From Antedon mediterranea (Eukaryota > Animalia > Echinodermata), in NCBI RefSeq assembly GCF_964355755.1, contig NC_092671.1, positions 21,345,317-21,409,316 on the forward strand: a stretch of 64,000 bases of DNA. The letters are read 5' to 3'. Below, piece after piece: positions 42,973 through 55,700 of this stretch. The notes beneath the pieces are model-generated. The model searched no databases, was not told the origin of the DNA, and saw only the letters and a list, made by a program, of their open reading frames with translations. A program made the position numbers and the translations under genes. Each line of letters starts with the position of its first letter. Positions within the stretch are counted from its first letter, which is position 1.

Positions 42973-45900
42973 CAAAACTTTTTCACACAAAACACCAAAG
43001 TGTACAGAATAGCTTAATATCGTATTTAAAAACGTTTTAGACCATTTTGTGATTTTCGAAAAAACTTGTTAACATAAAAACACCAAAGTGCTTACAATAG
43101 CTTCAAATCGCATTAGGAGACGTTTTAGACCATTTTGTGATTTTCGAAAAAACTTGTTAACATAAAAACATCAAAGTGTACAGAATAGCTTCAAATCGCA
43201 TTTGGAGACGTTTTAGACCATTTTGTGATTTTCGAAAAAAACTTGTTAACATAAAAACACCAAAGTGCTTAGAATAGCTTCAAATCGCATTTGGAGACGT
43301 TTTAGACCATTTTGTGATTTTCGAAAAAACTTGTTAATATAAAAACACCAAAGTACTTAGAATAGCTTCAAATCGCATTTGGAGACGTTTTAAACCATTT
43401 TGTGATTTTCGAAAAAACTTGTTAACATAAAAACACCAAAATGTTTAGAATAGCTTCAAATCGCATTTGGAGACGTTTTAGACCATTTTGTGATTTTCGA
43501 AAAAACTTGTTAACACAAAAACACCAAAGTGATTAGAATAGCTTCAAATCGCATTTGGAGACGTTTTAGACCATTTTGTGATTTTCGAAAAAACTTGTTA
43601 ACATAAAAACACCAAAGTGATTAGAATAGCTTCAAATCGCATTTGGAGACGTTTTAGACCATTTTGTGATTTTCGAAAAAACTTGTTAACATAAAAACAC
43701 CAAAGTGATTAGAATAGCTTCAAATCGCATTTGGAGACGTTTTAGACCATTTTGTGCATTTCGATGAAACTTGGTTACGCAAAAACATCAATGTGCTTAA
43801 AATCACATTATAAACCGTTTTAGACCATTTTGAGCATATCCATAAAACTTTTTACACAAAACACCAAAGTGCTTAGAATAGCTTCAAATCGCATTTGGAG
43901 ACGTTTTAGACCATTTTGTGATTTTCGACAAAACTTTTTCACACAAAACACCAAAGTGCTTAGAATACCTTCAAATCGCATTTGGAGACGTTTTAGACCA
44001 TTTTGTGATTTTCGAAAAAACTTGTTAACATAAAAACATCAAAGTGTACAGAATAGCTTCAAATCGCATTTGGAGACGTTTTAGACCATTTTGTGATTTT
44101 CGAAAAAACTTGTTAACATAAAAACACCAAAGTGCTTAGAATAGCTTCAAATCGCATTAGGAGACGTTTTAGACCATTTTGTGATTTTCGAAAAAACTTG
44201 TTAACATAAAAACACCAAAGTGCTTAGAATAGCTTCAAATCGCATTTGGAGACGTTTTAGACCATTTTGTGATTTTCGAAAAAACTTGTTAACATAAAAA
44301 CACCAAAATGTTTAGAATAGCTTCAAATCGCATTTGGAGACGTTTTAGACCATTTTGTGATTTTCGAAAAAACTTGTTAACACAAAAACACCAAAGTGAT
44401 TAGAATAGCTTCAAATCGCATTTGGAGACGCTTTAGACCATTTTGTGCATTTCGATGAAACTTGGTTACGCAAAAACATCAAAGTGCTTAAAATCACATT
44501 ATAAACCGTTTTAGACCATTTTGAGCATATCGATAACACTTTTCACACAAAAACATCAAAGAGCACAATATAGCTTAATATCGTATTTAAAAACGTTTTA
44601 GACCATTTTGAGCATTTCGACAAAACTTTTTCACACAAAACACCAAAGTGCTTAGAATAGCTTCAAATCGCATTTGGAGACGTTTTAGACCATTTTGTGA
44701 TTTTCGAAAAACCTTGTTAACATAAAAACATCAAAGTGCTAAGAATAGTTTCAAATCGAATTTGGAGACATTTTAGACCAATTAGTGATTTTCGAAAAAA
44801 CTTGGTTACACAAAAACATCAAAGTGGTTAAAATCACATTATAAACCGTTTTAGACCATTTTGAGCATTTCGATAACACTTTTCACACAAAAACATCAAA
44901 GTGCTTAGAATAGCTTCAAATCGCATTTGGAGACGTTTTAGACCATTTTGTGATTTTCGAAAAAAACTTTTTAACATAAAAACACCAAACTGCTAAGAAT
45001 AGCTTCAAATCGCATATGGAGACAATTTAGACCATTTTGTGATTTTCGAAAAAACTTGTTAACATAAAAACACCAAAGTGCTTAGAATACCTTCAAATCG
45101 CATTTGGAGACATTTTAGACCATTTTGTGATTTTCGAAAAAACTTGTTAACATAAAAACATCAAAGTGCTAAGAATAGCTTCCAATCGCATTTGTAGACG
45201 TTTTAGACCATTTTGTGATTTTCGAAAACAACTTGTTAACATAAAAACACCAAAGTGCTTAGAATAGCTTCAAATCGCATTTGGAGACGTTTTAGACCAT
45301 TTTGTGATTTTCGAAAAAACTTGTTAACATAAAAACATCAAAGTGCTAAGAATAGCTTCAAATCGAATTTGGAGACATTTTAGACCAATTAGTGATTTTC
45401 GAAAAAACTTGGTTACACAAAAACATCAAAGTGGTTAAAATCACATTATAAACCGTTTTAGACCATTTTGAGCATTTCGATAACACTTTTCACACAAAAA
45501 CATCAAAGTGCTTAGAATAGCTTCAAATCGCATTTGGAGACGTTTTAGACCATTTTGTGATTTTCGAAAAAAACTTTTTAACATAAAAACACCAAACTGC
45601 TAAGAATAGCTTCAAATCGCATATGGAGACAATTTAGACCATTTTGTGATTTTCGAAAAAACTTGTTAACATAAAAACACCAAAGTGCTTAGAATACCTT
45701 CAAATCGCATTTGGAGACATTTTAGACCATTTTGTGATTTTCGAAAAAACTTGTTAACATAAAAACATCAAAGTGCTAAGAATAGCTTCCAATCGCATTT
45801 GGAGACGTTTTAGACCATTTTGTGATTTTCGAAAAAACTTGTTAACATAAAAACACCAAAGTGATTAGAATAGCTTCAAATCGCATTTGGAGACGTTTTA

Positions 45901-46739
45901 GACCATTTTGTGCATTTCGATGAAACTTGGTTACGCAAAAACATCAAAGTGCTTAAAATCACATTATAAACCGTTTTAGACCATTTTGAGCATATCGATA
46001 ACACTTTTTACACAAAACACCAAAGTGCTTAGAATAGCTTCAAATCGCATTTGGAGACGTTTTAGACCATTTTGTGATTTTCGACAAAACTTTTTCACAC
46101 AAAACACCAAAGTGCTTAGAATACCTTCAAATCGCATTTGGAGACGTTTTAGACCATTTTGTGATTTTCGAAAAAACTTGTTAACATAAAAACATCAAAG
46201 TGTACAGAATAGCTTCAAATCGCATTTGGAGACGTTTTAGACCATTTTGTGATTTTCGAAAAAACTTGTTAACATAAAAACACCAAAGTGCTTAGAATAG
46301 CTTCAAATCGCATTTGGAGACGTTTTAGACCATTTTGTGATTTTCGAAAAAACTTGTTAACATAAAAACACCAAAGTGCTTAGAATAGCTTCAAATCGCA
46401 TTAGGAGACGTTTTAGACCATTTTGTGATTTTCGAAAAAACTTGTTAACATAAAAACACCAAAGTGCTTAGAATAGCTTCAAATCGCATTTGGAGACGTT
46501 TTAGACCATTTTGTGATTTTCGAAAAAACTTGTTAACATAAAAAAAACAAAGTTCTTAAAATAGCTTCAAATCGCATTTGGAGACGTTTTAGACCATTTT
46601 GTGATTTTCGAAAAAACCTGTTAACATAAAAACACCAAAGTGTTTAGAAAAGCTTCAAATCGCATTTGGAGACGTTTTAGACCATTTTGGGATTTTCGAA
46701 AAAACTTGTTAACATAAAAACACCAAAGTGCTTAGAATA

Positions 46740-47096
46740 TGGCCGAGCGGTTAAGGCAGGGGCGCCGTTTATCGTACCTAAAGAGCCAACAACAACATCG
46801 GCAAGGGTTCGAGGCCGACTCGCTCCTAGTTCTGGTGGTGGAACAAGTCTTCTCGGATAAGGACTATAAACCGTAGGTCCAGTGTACACAGTTATAACAT
46901 GTGTGTACTTTAAAGAACCCAGTTCATTATTCGAAAAAGAGTAGGGGGTTACCCCGGTGAACTGGTTCACACAATAGCCTCTGTATCAGGGGGATTACCA
47001 CCTATCTGATAGGACAGTGATTAATTCACTATTGGTAATCCTTGGCCACAGTGCCTAAAGACATAAAATAAAATAAAAATAAATAAATAAATAATA
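46740..47096 (+). mobile_element. tRNA-derived SINE, copy 4
   Basis: Reads identical to copy 1, including junctions, tail length and flanking satellite variants. Confidence 0.92.
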
Positions 47097-50000
47097 GCTT
47101 CAAATCGCATTTGGAGACGTTTTAGACCATTTTGTAATTTTCAAAAAAACTTGTTAACATAAAAACACCAAAGTTCTTAGAATAGCTTCAAATCGCATTT
47201 GGAGACGTTTTAGACCATTTTGTGCATTTCGATGAAACTTGGTTACACAAAAACATCAAAGTGCTTAAAATCACATTATAAACCGTTTTAGACCATTTGA
47301 GCATTTCGATAACACTTTTCACACAAAAACATCAAAGTTCACAATATAGCTTAATATCCTATTTAAAAACGTTTTAGACCATTTTGAGCAATTCGACAAA
47401 ACTTTTTCACACAAAACACCAAAGTGCTTAGAATAGCTTCAAATCGCATTTGGAGACGTTTTAGACCATTTTGTGATTTTCGAAAAAACTTGTTAACATA
47501 AAAACATCAAAGGGCTAAGAATAGCTTCAAATCGCATTTGGAGAAATTTTAGACCAATTAGTGATTTTCGAAAAAACTTGGTTACACAAAAACATCAAAG
47601 TGGTTAAAATCACATTATAAACCGTTTTAGACCATTTTGAGCATATCGATAAAATTTTTTACACAAAAACATCAAAGAGCACAAAATAGCTTAATATCGT
47701 ATTTGGAAACGTTTTAGAACATTTTGTGATTTTCGAAAAAACTTGTTAACATAAAACACCAAAGTGTACAGAATAGCTTCAAATCGCATTTGGAGACATT
47801 TTAGACCAATTTGTGATTTTCGAAAAAACTTGTTAACATAAAAACACCAAAGTGCTAAGAATAGCTTCAAATCGCATTTGGAGACATTTTAGACCAATTT
47901 GTGATTTTCGAAAAAACTTGGTTACACAAAAACATCAAAGTGCTTAAAATCACATTATAAAACCGTGTTAGACCATTTTGAGCATTTCGATAACACTTTT
48001 CACACAAAAACATCAAAGAGCATAAAATAGGTTAATATCGTATTTAAAAACGTTTTAGACCATTTTGAGCATTTCGATGAAACTTGGTTACGCAAAAACA
48101 TCAAAGTGCTTAAAATCACATTATAAACCGTTTTAGACCATTTTGAGCATATCGATAAAATTTTTTACACAAAAACATCAAAGAGCACAAAATAGCTTAA
48201 TATCGTATTTGGAAACGTTTTAGAACATTTTGTGATTTTCGAAAAAACTTGTTAACATAAAACACCAAAGTGTACAGAATAGCTTCAAATCGCATTTGGA
48301 GACATTTTAGACCAATTTGTGATTTTCGAAAAAACTTGTTAACATAAAAACACCAAAGTGCTAAGAATAGCTTCAAATCGCATTTGGAGACATTTTAGAC
48401 CAATTTGTGATTTTCGAAAAAACTTGGTTACACAAAAACATCAAAGTGCTTAAAATCACATTATAAAACCGTTTTAGACCATTTTGGGCATTTCGATAAC
48501 ACTTTTCACACAAAAACATCAAAGAGCATAAAATAGGTTAATATCGTATTTAAAAACGTTTTAGACCATTTTGAGCATTTCGACAAAACTTTTTCACACA
48601 AAACACCAAAGTGTACAGAATAGCTTAATATCGTATTTAAAAACGTTTTAGACCATTTTGTGATTTTCGAAAAAACTTGTTAACATAAAAACACCAAAGT
48701 GCTTACAATAGCTTCAAATCGCATTAGGAGACGTTTTAGACCATTTTGTGATTTTCGAAAAAACTTGTTAACATAAAAACATCAAAGTGTACAGAATAGC
48801 TTCAAATCGCATTTGGAGACGTTTTAGACCATTTTGTGATTTTCGAAAAAAACTTGTTAACATAAAAACACCAAAGTGCTTAGAATAGCTTCAAATCGCA
48901 TTTGGAGACGTTTTAGACCATTTTGTGATTTTCGAAAAAACTTGTTAATATAAAAACACCAAAGTACTTAGAATAGCTTCAAATCGCATTTGGAGACGTT
49001 TTAAACCATTTTGTGATTTTCGAAAAAACTTGTTAACATAAAAACACCAAAATGTTTAGAATAGCTTCAAATCGCATTTGGAGACGTTTTAGACCATTTT
49101 GTGATTTTCGAAAAAACTTGTTAACACAAAAACACCAAAGTGATTAGAATAGCTTCAAATCGCATTTGGAGACGTTTTAGACCATTTTGTGATTTTCGAA
49201 AAAACTTGTTAACATAAAAACACCAAAGTGATTAGAATAGCTTCAAATCGCATTTGGAGACGTTTTAGACCATTTTGTGATTTTCGAAAAAACTTGTTAA
49301 CATAAAAACACCAAAGTGATTAGAATAGCTTCAAATCGCATTTGGAGACGTTTTAGACCATTTTGTGCATTTCGATGAAACTTGGTTACGCAAAAACATC
49401 AATGTGCTTAAAATCACATTATAAACCGTTTTAGACCATTTTGAGCATATCCATAAAACTTTTTACACAAAACACCAAAGTGCTTAGAATAGCTTCAAAT
49501 CGCATTTGGAGACGTTTTAGACCATTTTGTGATTTTCGACAAAACTTTTTCACACAAAACACCAAAGTGCTTAGAATACCTTCAAATCGCATTTGGAGAC
49601 GTTTTAGACCATTTTGTGATTTTCGAAAAAACTTGTTAACATAAAAACATCAAAGTGTACAGAATAGCTTCAAATCGCATTTGGAGACGTTTTAGACCAT
49701 TTTGTGATTTTCGAAAAAACTTGTTAACATAAAAACACCAAAGTGCTTAGAATAGCTTCAAATCGCATTAGGAGACGTTTTAGACCATTTTGTGATTTTC
49801 GAAAAAACTTGTTAACATAAAAACACCAAAGTGCTTAGAATAGCTTCAAATCGCATTTGGAGACGTTTTAGACCATTTTGTGATTTTCGAAAAAACTTGT
49901 TAACATAAAAACACCAAAATGTTTAGAATAGCTTCAAATCGCATTTGGAGACGTTTTAGACCATTTTGTGATTTTCGAAAAAACTTGTTAACACAAAAAC

Positions 50001-52350
50001 ACCAAAGTGATTAGAATAGCTTCAAATCGCATTTGGAGACGCTTTAGACCATTTTGTGCATTTCGATGAAACTTGGTTACGCAAAAACATCAAAGTGCTT
50101 AAAATCACATTATAAACCGTTTTAGACCATTTTGAGCATATCGATAACACTTTTCACACAAAAACATCAAAGAGCACAATATAGCTTAATATCGTATTTA
50201 AAAACGTTTTAGACCATTTTGAGCATTTCGACAAAACTTTTTCACACAAAACACCAAAGTGCTTAGAATAGCTTCAAATCGCATTTGGAGACGTTTTAGA
50301 CCATTTTGTGATTTTCGAAAAACCTTGTTAACATAAAAACATCAAAGTGCTAAGAATAGTTTCAAATCGAATTTGGAGACATTTTAGACCAATTAGTGAT
50401 TTTCGAAAAAACTTGGTTACACAAAAACATCAAAGTGGTTAAAATCACATTATAAACCGTTTTAGACCATTTTGAGCATTTCGATAACACTTTTCACACA
50501 AAAACATCAAAGTGCTTAGAATAGCTTCAAATCGCATTTGGAGACGTTTTAGACCATTTTGTGATTTTCGAAAAAAACTTTTTAACATAAAAACACCAAA
50601 CTGCTAAGAATAGCTTCAAATCGCATATGGAGACAATTTAGACCATTTTGTGATTTTCGAAAAAACTTGTTAACATAAAAACACCAAAGTGCTTAGAATA
50701 CCTTCAAATCGCATTTGGAGACATTTTAGACCATTTTGTGATTTTCGAAAAAACTTGTTAACATAAAAACATCAAAGTGCTAAGAATAGCTTCCAATCGC
50801 ATTTGTAGACGTTTTAGACCATTTTGTGATTTTCGAAAACAACTTGTTAACATAAAAACACCAAAGTGCTTAGAATAGCTTCAAATCGCATTTGGAGACG
50901 TTTTAGACCATTTTGTGATTTTCGAAAAAACTTGTTAACATAAAAACATCAAAGTGCTAAGAATAGCTTCAAATCGAATTTGGAGACATTTTAGACCAAT
51001 TAGTGATTTTCGAAAAAACTTGGTTACACAAAAACATCAAAGTGGTTAAAATCACATTATAAACCGTTTTAGACCATTTTGAGCATTTCGATAACACTTT
51101 TCACACAAAAACATCAAAGTGCTTAGAATAGCTTCAAATCGCATTTGGAGACGTTTTAGACCATTTTGTGATTTTCGAAAAAAACTTTTTAACATAAAAA
51201 CACCAAACTGCTAAGAATAGCTTCAAATCGCATATGGAGACAATTTAGACCATTTTGTGATTTTCGAAAAAACTTGTTAACATAAAAACACCAAAGTGCT
51301 TAGAATACCTTCAAATCGCATTTGGAGACATTTTAGACCATTTTGTGATTTTCGAAAAAACTTGTTAACATAAAAACATCAAAGTGCTAAGAATAGCTTC
51401 CAATCGCATTTGGAGACGTTTTAGACCATTTTGTGATTTTCGAAAAAACTTGTTAACATAAAAACACCAAAGTGATTAGAATAGCTTCAAATCGCATTTG
51501 GAGACGTTTTAGACCATTTTGTGCATTTCGATGAAACTTGGTTACGCAAAAACATCAAAGTGCTTAAAATCACATTATAAACCGTTTTAGACCATTTTGA
51601 GCATATCGATAACACTTTTTACACAAAACACCAAAGTGCTTAGAATAGCTTCAAATCGCATTTGGAGACGTTTTAGACCATTTTGTGATTTTCGACAAAA
51701 CTTTTTCACACAAAACACCAAAGTGCTTAGAATACCTTCAAATCGCATTTGGAGACGTTTTAGACCATTTTGTGATTTTCGAAAAAACTTGTTAACATAA
51801 AAACATCAAAGTGTACAGAATAGCTTCAAATCGCATTTGGAGACGTTTTAGACCATTTTGTGATTTTCGAAAAAACTTGTTAACATAAAAACACCAAAGT
51901 GCTTAGAATAGCTTCAAATCGCATTTGGAGACGTTTTAGACCATTTTGTGATTTTCGAAAAAACTTGTTAACATAAAAACACCAAAGTGCTTAGAATAGC
52001 TTCAAATCGCATTAGGAGACGTTTTAGACCATTTTGTGATTTTCGAAAAAACTTGTTAACATAAAAACACCAAAGTGCTTAGAATAGCTTCAAATCGCAT
52101 TTGGAGACGTTTTAGACCATTTTGTGATTTTCGAAAAAACTTGTTAACATAAAAAAAACAAAGTTCTTAAAATAGCTTCAAATCGCATTTGGAGACGTTT
52201 TAGACCATTTTGTGATTTTCGAAAAAACCTGTTAACATAAAAACACCAAAGTGTTTAGAAAAGCTTCAAATCGCATTTGGAGACGTTTTAGACCATTTTG
52301 GGATTTTCGAAAAAACTTGTTAACATAAAAACACCAAAGTGCTTAGAATA

Positions 52351-52707
52351 TGGCCGAGCGGTTAAGGCAGGGGCGCCGTTTATCGTACCTAAAGAGCCAA
52401 CAACAACATCGGCAAGGGTTCGAGGCCGACTCGCTCCTAGTTCTGGTGGTGGAACAAGTCTTCTCGGATAAGGACTATAAACCGTAGGTCCAGTGTACAC
52501 AGTTATAACATGTGTGTACTTTAAAGAACCCAGTTCATTATTCGAAAAAGAGTAGGGGGTTACCCCGGTGAACTGGTTCACACAATAGCCTCTGTATCAG
52601 GGGGATTACCACCTATCTGATAGGACAGTGATTAATTCACTATTGGTAATCCTTGGCCACAGTGCCTAAAGACATAAAATAAAATAAAAATAAATAAATA
52701 AATAATA
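52351..52707 (+). mobile_element. tRNA-derived SINE, copy 5
   Basis: Reads identical to copy 4 (offset +5611). Confidence 0.92.
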
Positions 52708-55700
52708 GCTTCAAATCGCATTTGGAGACGTTTTAGACCATTTTGTAATTTTCAAAAAAACTTGTTAACATAAAAACACCAAAGTTCTTAGAATAGCTTC
52801 AAATCGCATTTGGAGACGTTTTAGACCATTTTGTGCATTTCGATGAAACTTGGTTACACAAAAACATCAAAGTGCTTAAAATCACATTATAAACCGTTTT
52901 AGACCATTTGAGCATTTCGATAACACTTTTCACACAAAAACATCAAAGTTCACAATATAGCTTAATATCCTATTTAAAAACGTTTTAGACCATTTTGAGC
53001 ATTTCGACAAAACTTTTTCACACAAAACACCAAAGTGCTTAGAATACCTTCAAATCGCATTTGGAGACGTTTTAGACAATTTTGTGATTTTCGAAAAAAC
53101 TTGTTAACATAAAAACATCAAAGTTTACAGAATAGCTTCAAATCGCATTTGGAGACGTTTTAGACAATTTTGTGATTTTCGAAAAAACTTGTTAACATAA
53201 AAACACCAAAGTGCTTAGAATAGCTTCAAATCGCATTGGGAGACGTTTTAGACCATTTTGTGATTTTCGAAAAAACTTGTTAACATAAAAACACCAAAGT
53301 GCTTAGAATAGCTTCAAATCGCATTTGGAGACGTTTTAGACCATTTTGTGATTTTCGAAAAAACTTGTTAACATAAAAACACCAAAGTTCTTAAAATAAC
53401 TTCAAATCGCATTTGGAGACGTTTTAGACCATTTTGTGATTTTCGAAAAAACTTGTTAACATAAAAACACCAAAGTGTTTAGAAAAGCTTCAAATCGCAT
53501 TTGGAGACGTTTTAGACCATTTTGGGATTTTTGAAAAAACTTGTTAACATAAAAACACCAAAGTGCTTAGAATAGCTTCAAATCGCATTTGGAGACGTTT
53601 TAGACCATTTTGTAATTTTCAAAAAAACTTGTTAACATAAAAACACCAAAGTTCTTAGAATAGCTTCAAATCGCATTTGGAGACGTTTTAGACCATTTTG
53701 TGCATTTCGATGAAACTTGGTTACACAAAAACATCAAAGTGCTTAAAATCACGTTATAAACCGTTTTAGACCATTTGAGCATTTCGATAACACTTTTCAC
53801 ACAAAAACATCAAAGGGCACAATATAGCTTAATATCCTATTTAAAAACGTTTTAGACCATTTTGAGCATTTCGACAAAACTTTTTCACACAAAACACCAA
53901 AGTGCTTAGAATACCTTCAAATCGCATTTGGAGACGTTTTAGACAATTTTGTGATTTTCGAAAAAACTTAACATAAAAACATCAAAGTTTACAGAATAGC
54001 TTCAAATCGCTTTTGGAGACGTTTTAGACAATTTTGTGATTTTCGAAAAAACTTGTTAACATAAAAACACCAAAGTGCTTAGAATAGCTTCAAATCGCAT
54101 TGGGAGACGTTTTAGACCATTTTGTGATTTTCGAAAAAACTTGTTAACATAAAAACATCAAAGTGTACAGAATAGCTTCAAATCGCATTTGGAGACGTTT
54201 TAGACCATTTTGTGATTTTCGAAAAAACTTGTTAACATAAAAACACCAAAGTGCTTAGAATAGCTTCAAATCGCATTTGGAGACGTTTTAAACCATTTTG
54301 TGATTTTCGAAAAAACTTGTTAACATAAAAACACCAAAATGTTTAGAATAGCTTCAAATCGCATTTGGAGACGTTTTAGACCATTTTGTGATTTTCGAAA
54401 AAACTTGTTAACACAAAAACACCAAAGTGATTAGAATAGCTTCAAATCGCATTTGGAGACGTTTTAGACCATTTTGTGATTTTCGAAAAAACTTGTTAAC
54501 ATAAAAACACCAAAGTGATTAGAATAGCTTCAAATCGCATTTGGAGACGTTTTAGACCATTTTGTGCATTTCGATGAAACTTGGTTACGCAAAAACATCA
54601 AAGTGCTTAAAATCACATTATAAACCGTTTTAGACCATTTTGAGCATATCGATAACACTTTTTACACAAAACACCAAAGTGCTTAGAATAGCTTCAAATC
54701 GCATTTGGAGACGTTTTAGACCATTTTGTGATTTTCGACAAAACTTTTTCACACAAAACACCAAAGTGCTTAGAATACCTTCAAATCGCATTTGGAGACG
54801 TTTTAGACCATTTTGTGATTTTCGAAAAAACTTGTTAACATAAAAACATCAAAATGTTTAGAATAGCTTCAAATCACATTTGGAGACGTTTTAGACCATT
54901 TTGTGATTTTCGAAAAAACTTGTTAACACAAAAACACCAAAGTGATTAGAATAGCTTCAAATCGCATTTGGAGACGTTTTAGACCAATTTGTGCATTTCG
55001 ATGAAACTTGGTTACGCAAAAACATCAAAGTGCTTAAAATCACATTATAAACCGTTTTAGACCATTTTGAGCATATCGATAACACTTTTCACACAAAAAC
55101 ATCAAAGAGCACAATATAGCTTAATATCTTATTTAAAAACGTTTTAGACCATTTTGAGCATTTCGACAAAACTTTTTCACACAAAACACCAAAGTGCTTA
55201 GAATAGCTTCAAATCGCATTTGGAGACGTTTTAGACCATTTTGTGATTTTCGAAAAAACTTGTTAACATAAAAACATCAAAGTGCTAAGAATAGCTTCAA
55301 ATCGCATTTGGAGACATTTTAGACCAATTAGTGATTTTCGAAAAAACTTGGTTACACAAAAACATCAAAGTGGTTAAAATCACATTATAAACCGTTTTAG
55401 ACCATTTTGAGCATTTCGATAACACTTTTCACACAAAAACATCAAAGTGCTTAGAATAGCTTCAAATCGCATTTGGAGACGTTTTAGACCATTTTGTGAT
55501 TTTCGAAAAAAACTTTTTAACATAAAAACACCAAACTTCTAAGAATAGCTTCAAATCGCATATGGAGACAATTTAGACCATTTTGTGATTTTCGAAAAAA
55601 CTTGTTAACATAAAAACACCAAAGTGCTAAGAATAGCTTCAAATCGCATATGGAGACAATTTAGACCATTTTGTGATTTTCGAAAAAACTTGGTTACACA

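Larger units (their letters stand above)
41749..53001. repeat. Tandem duplication, period 5611 bp, each unit carrying one SINE
   Basis: The offset 5611 holds for landmarks 43830/49441 and 45986/51597, the SINEs 46740/52351 and the variant GAGCAATTCG (41780/47391). Confidence 0.9.

Noticed and set aside
8237-52707. Site-specific element repeatedly targeting the satellite
   Set aside because: Hundreds of identical target sites are empty, while all five filled sites share private flanking variants and identical ends. A single insertion followed by duplication explains this.
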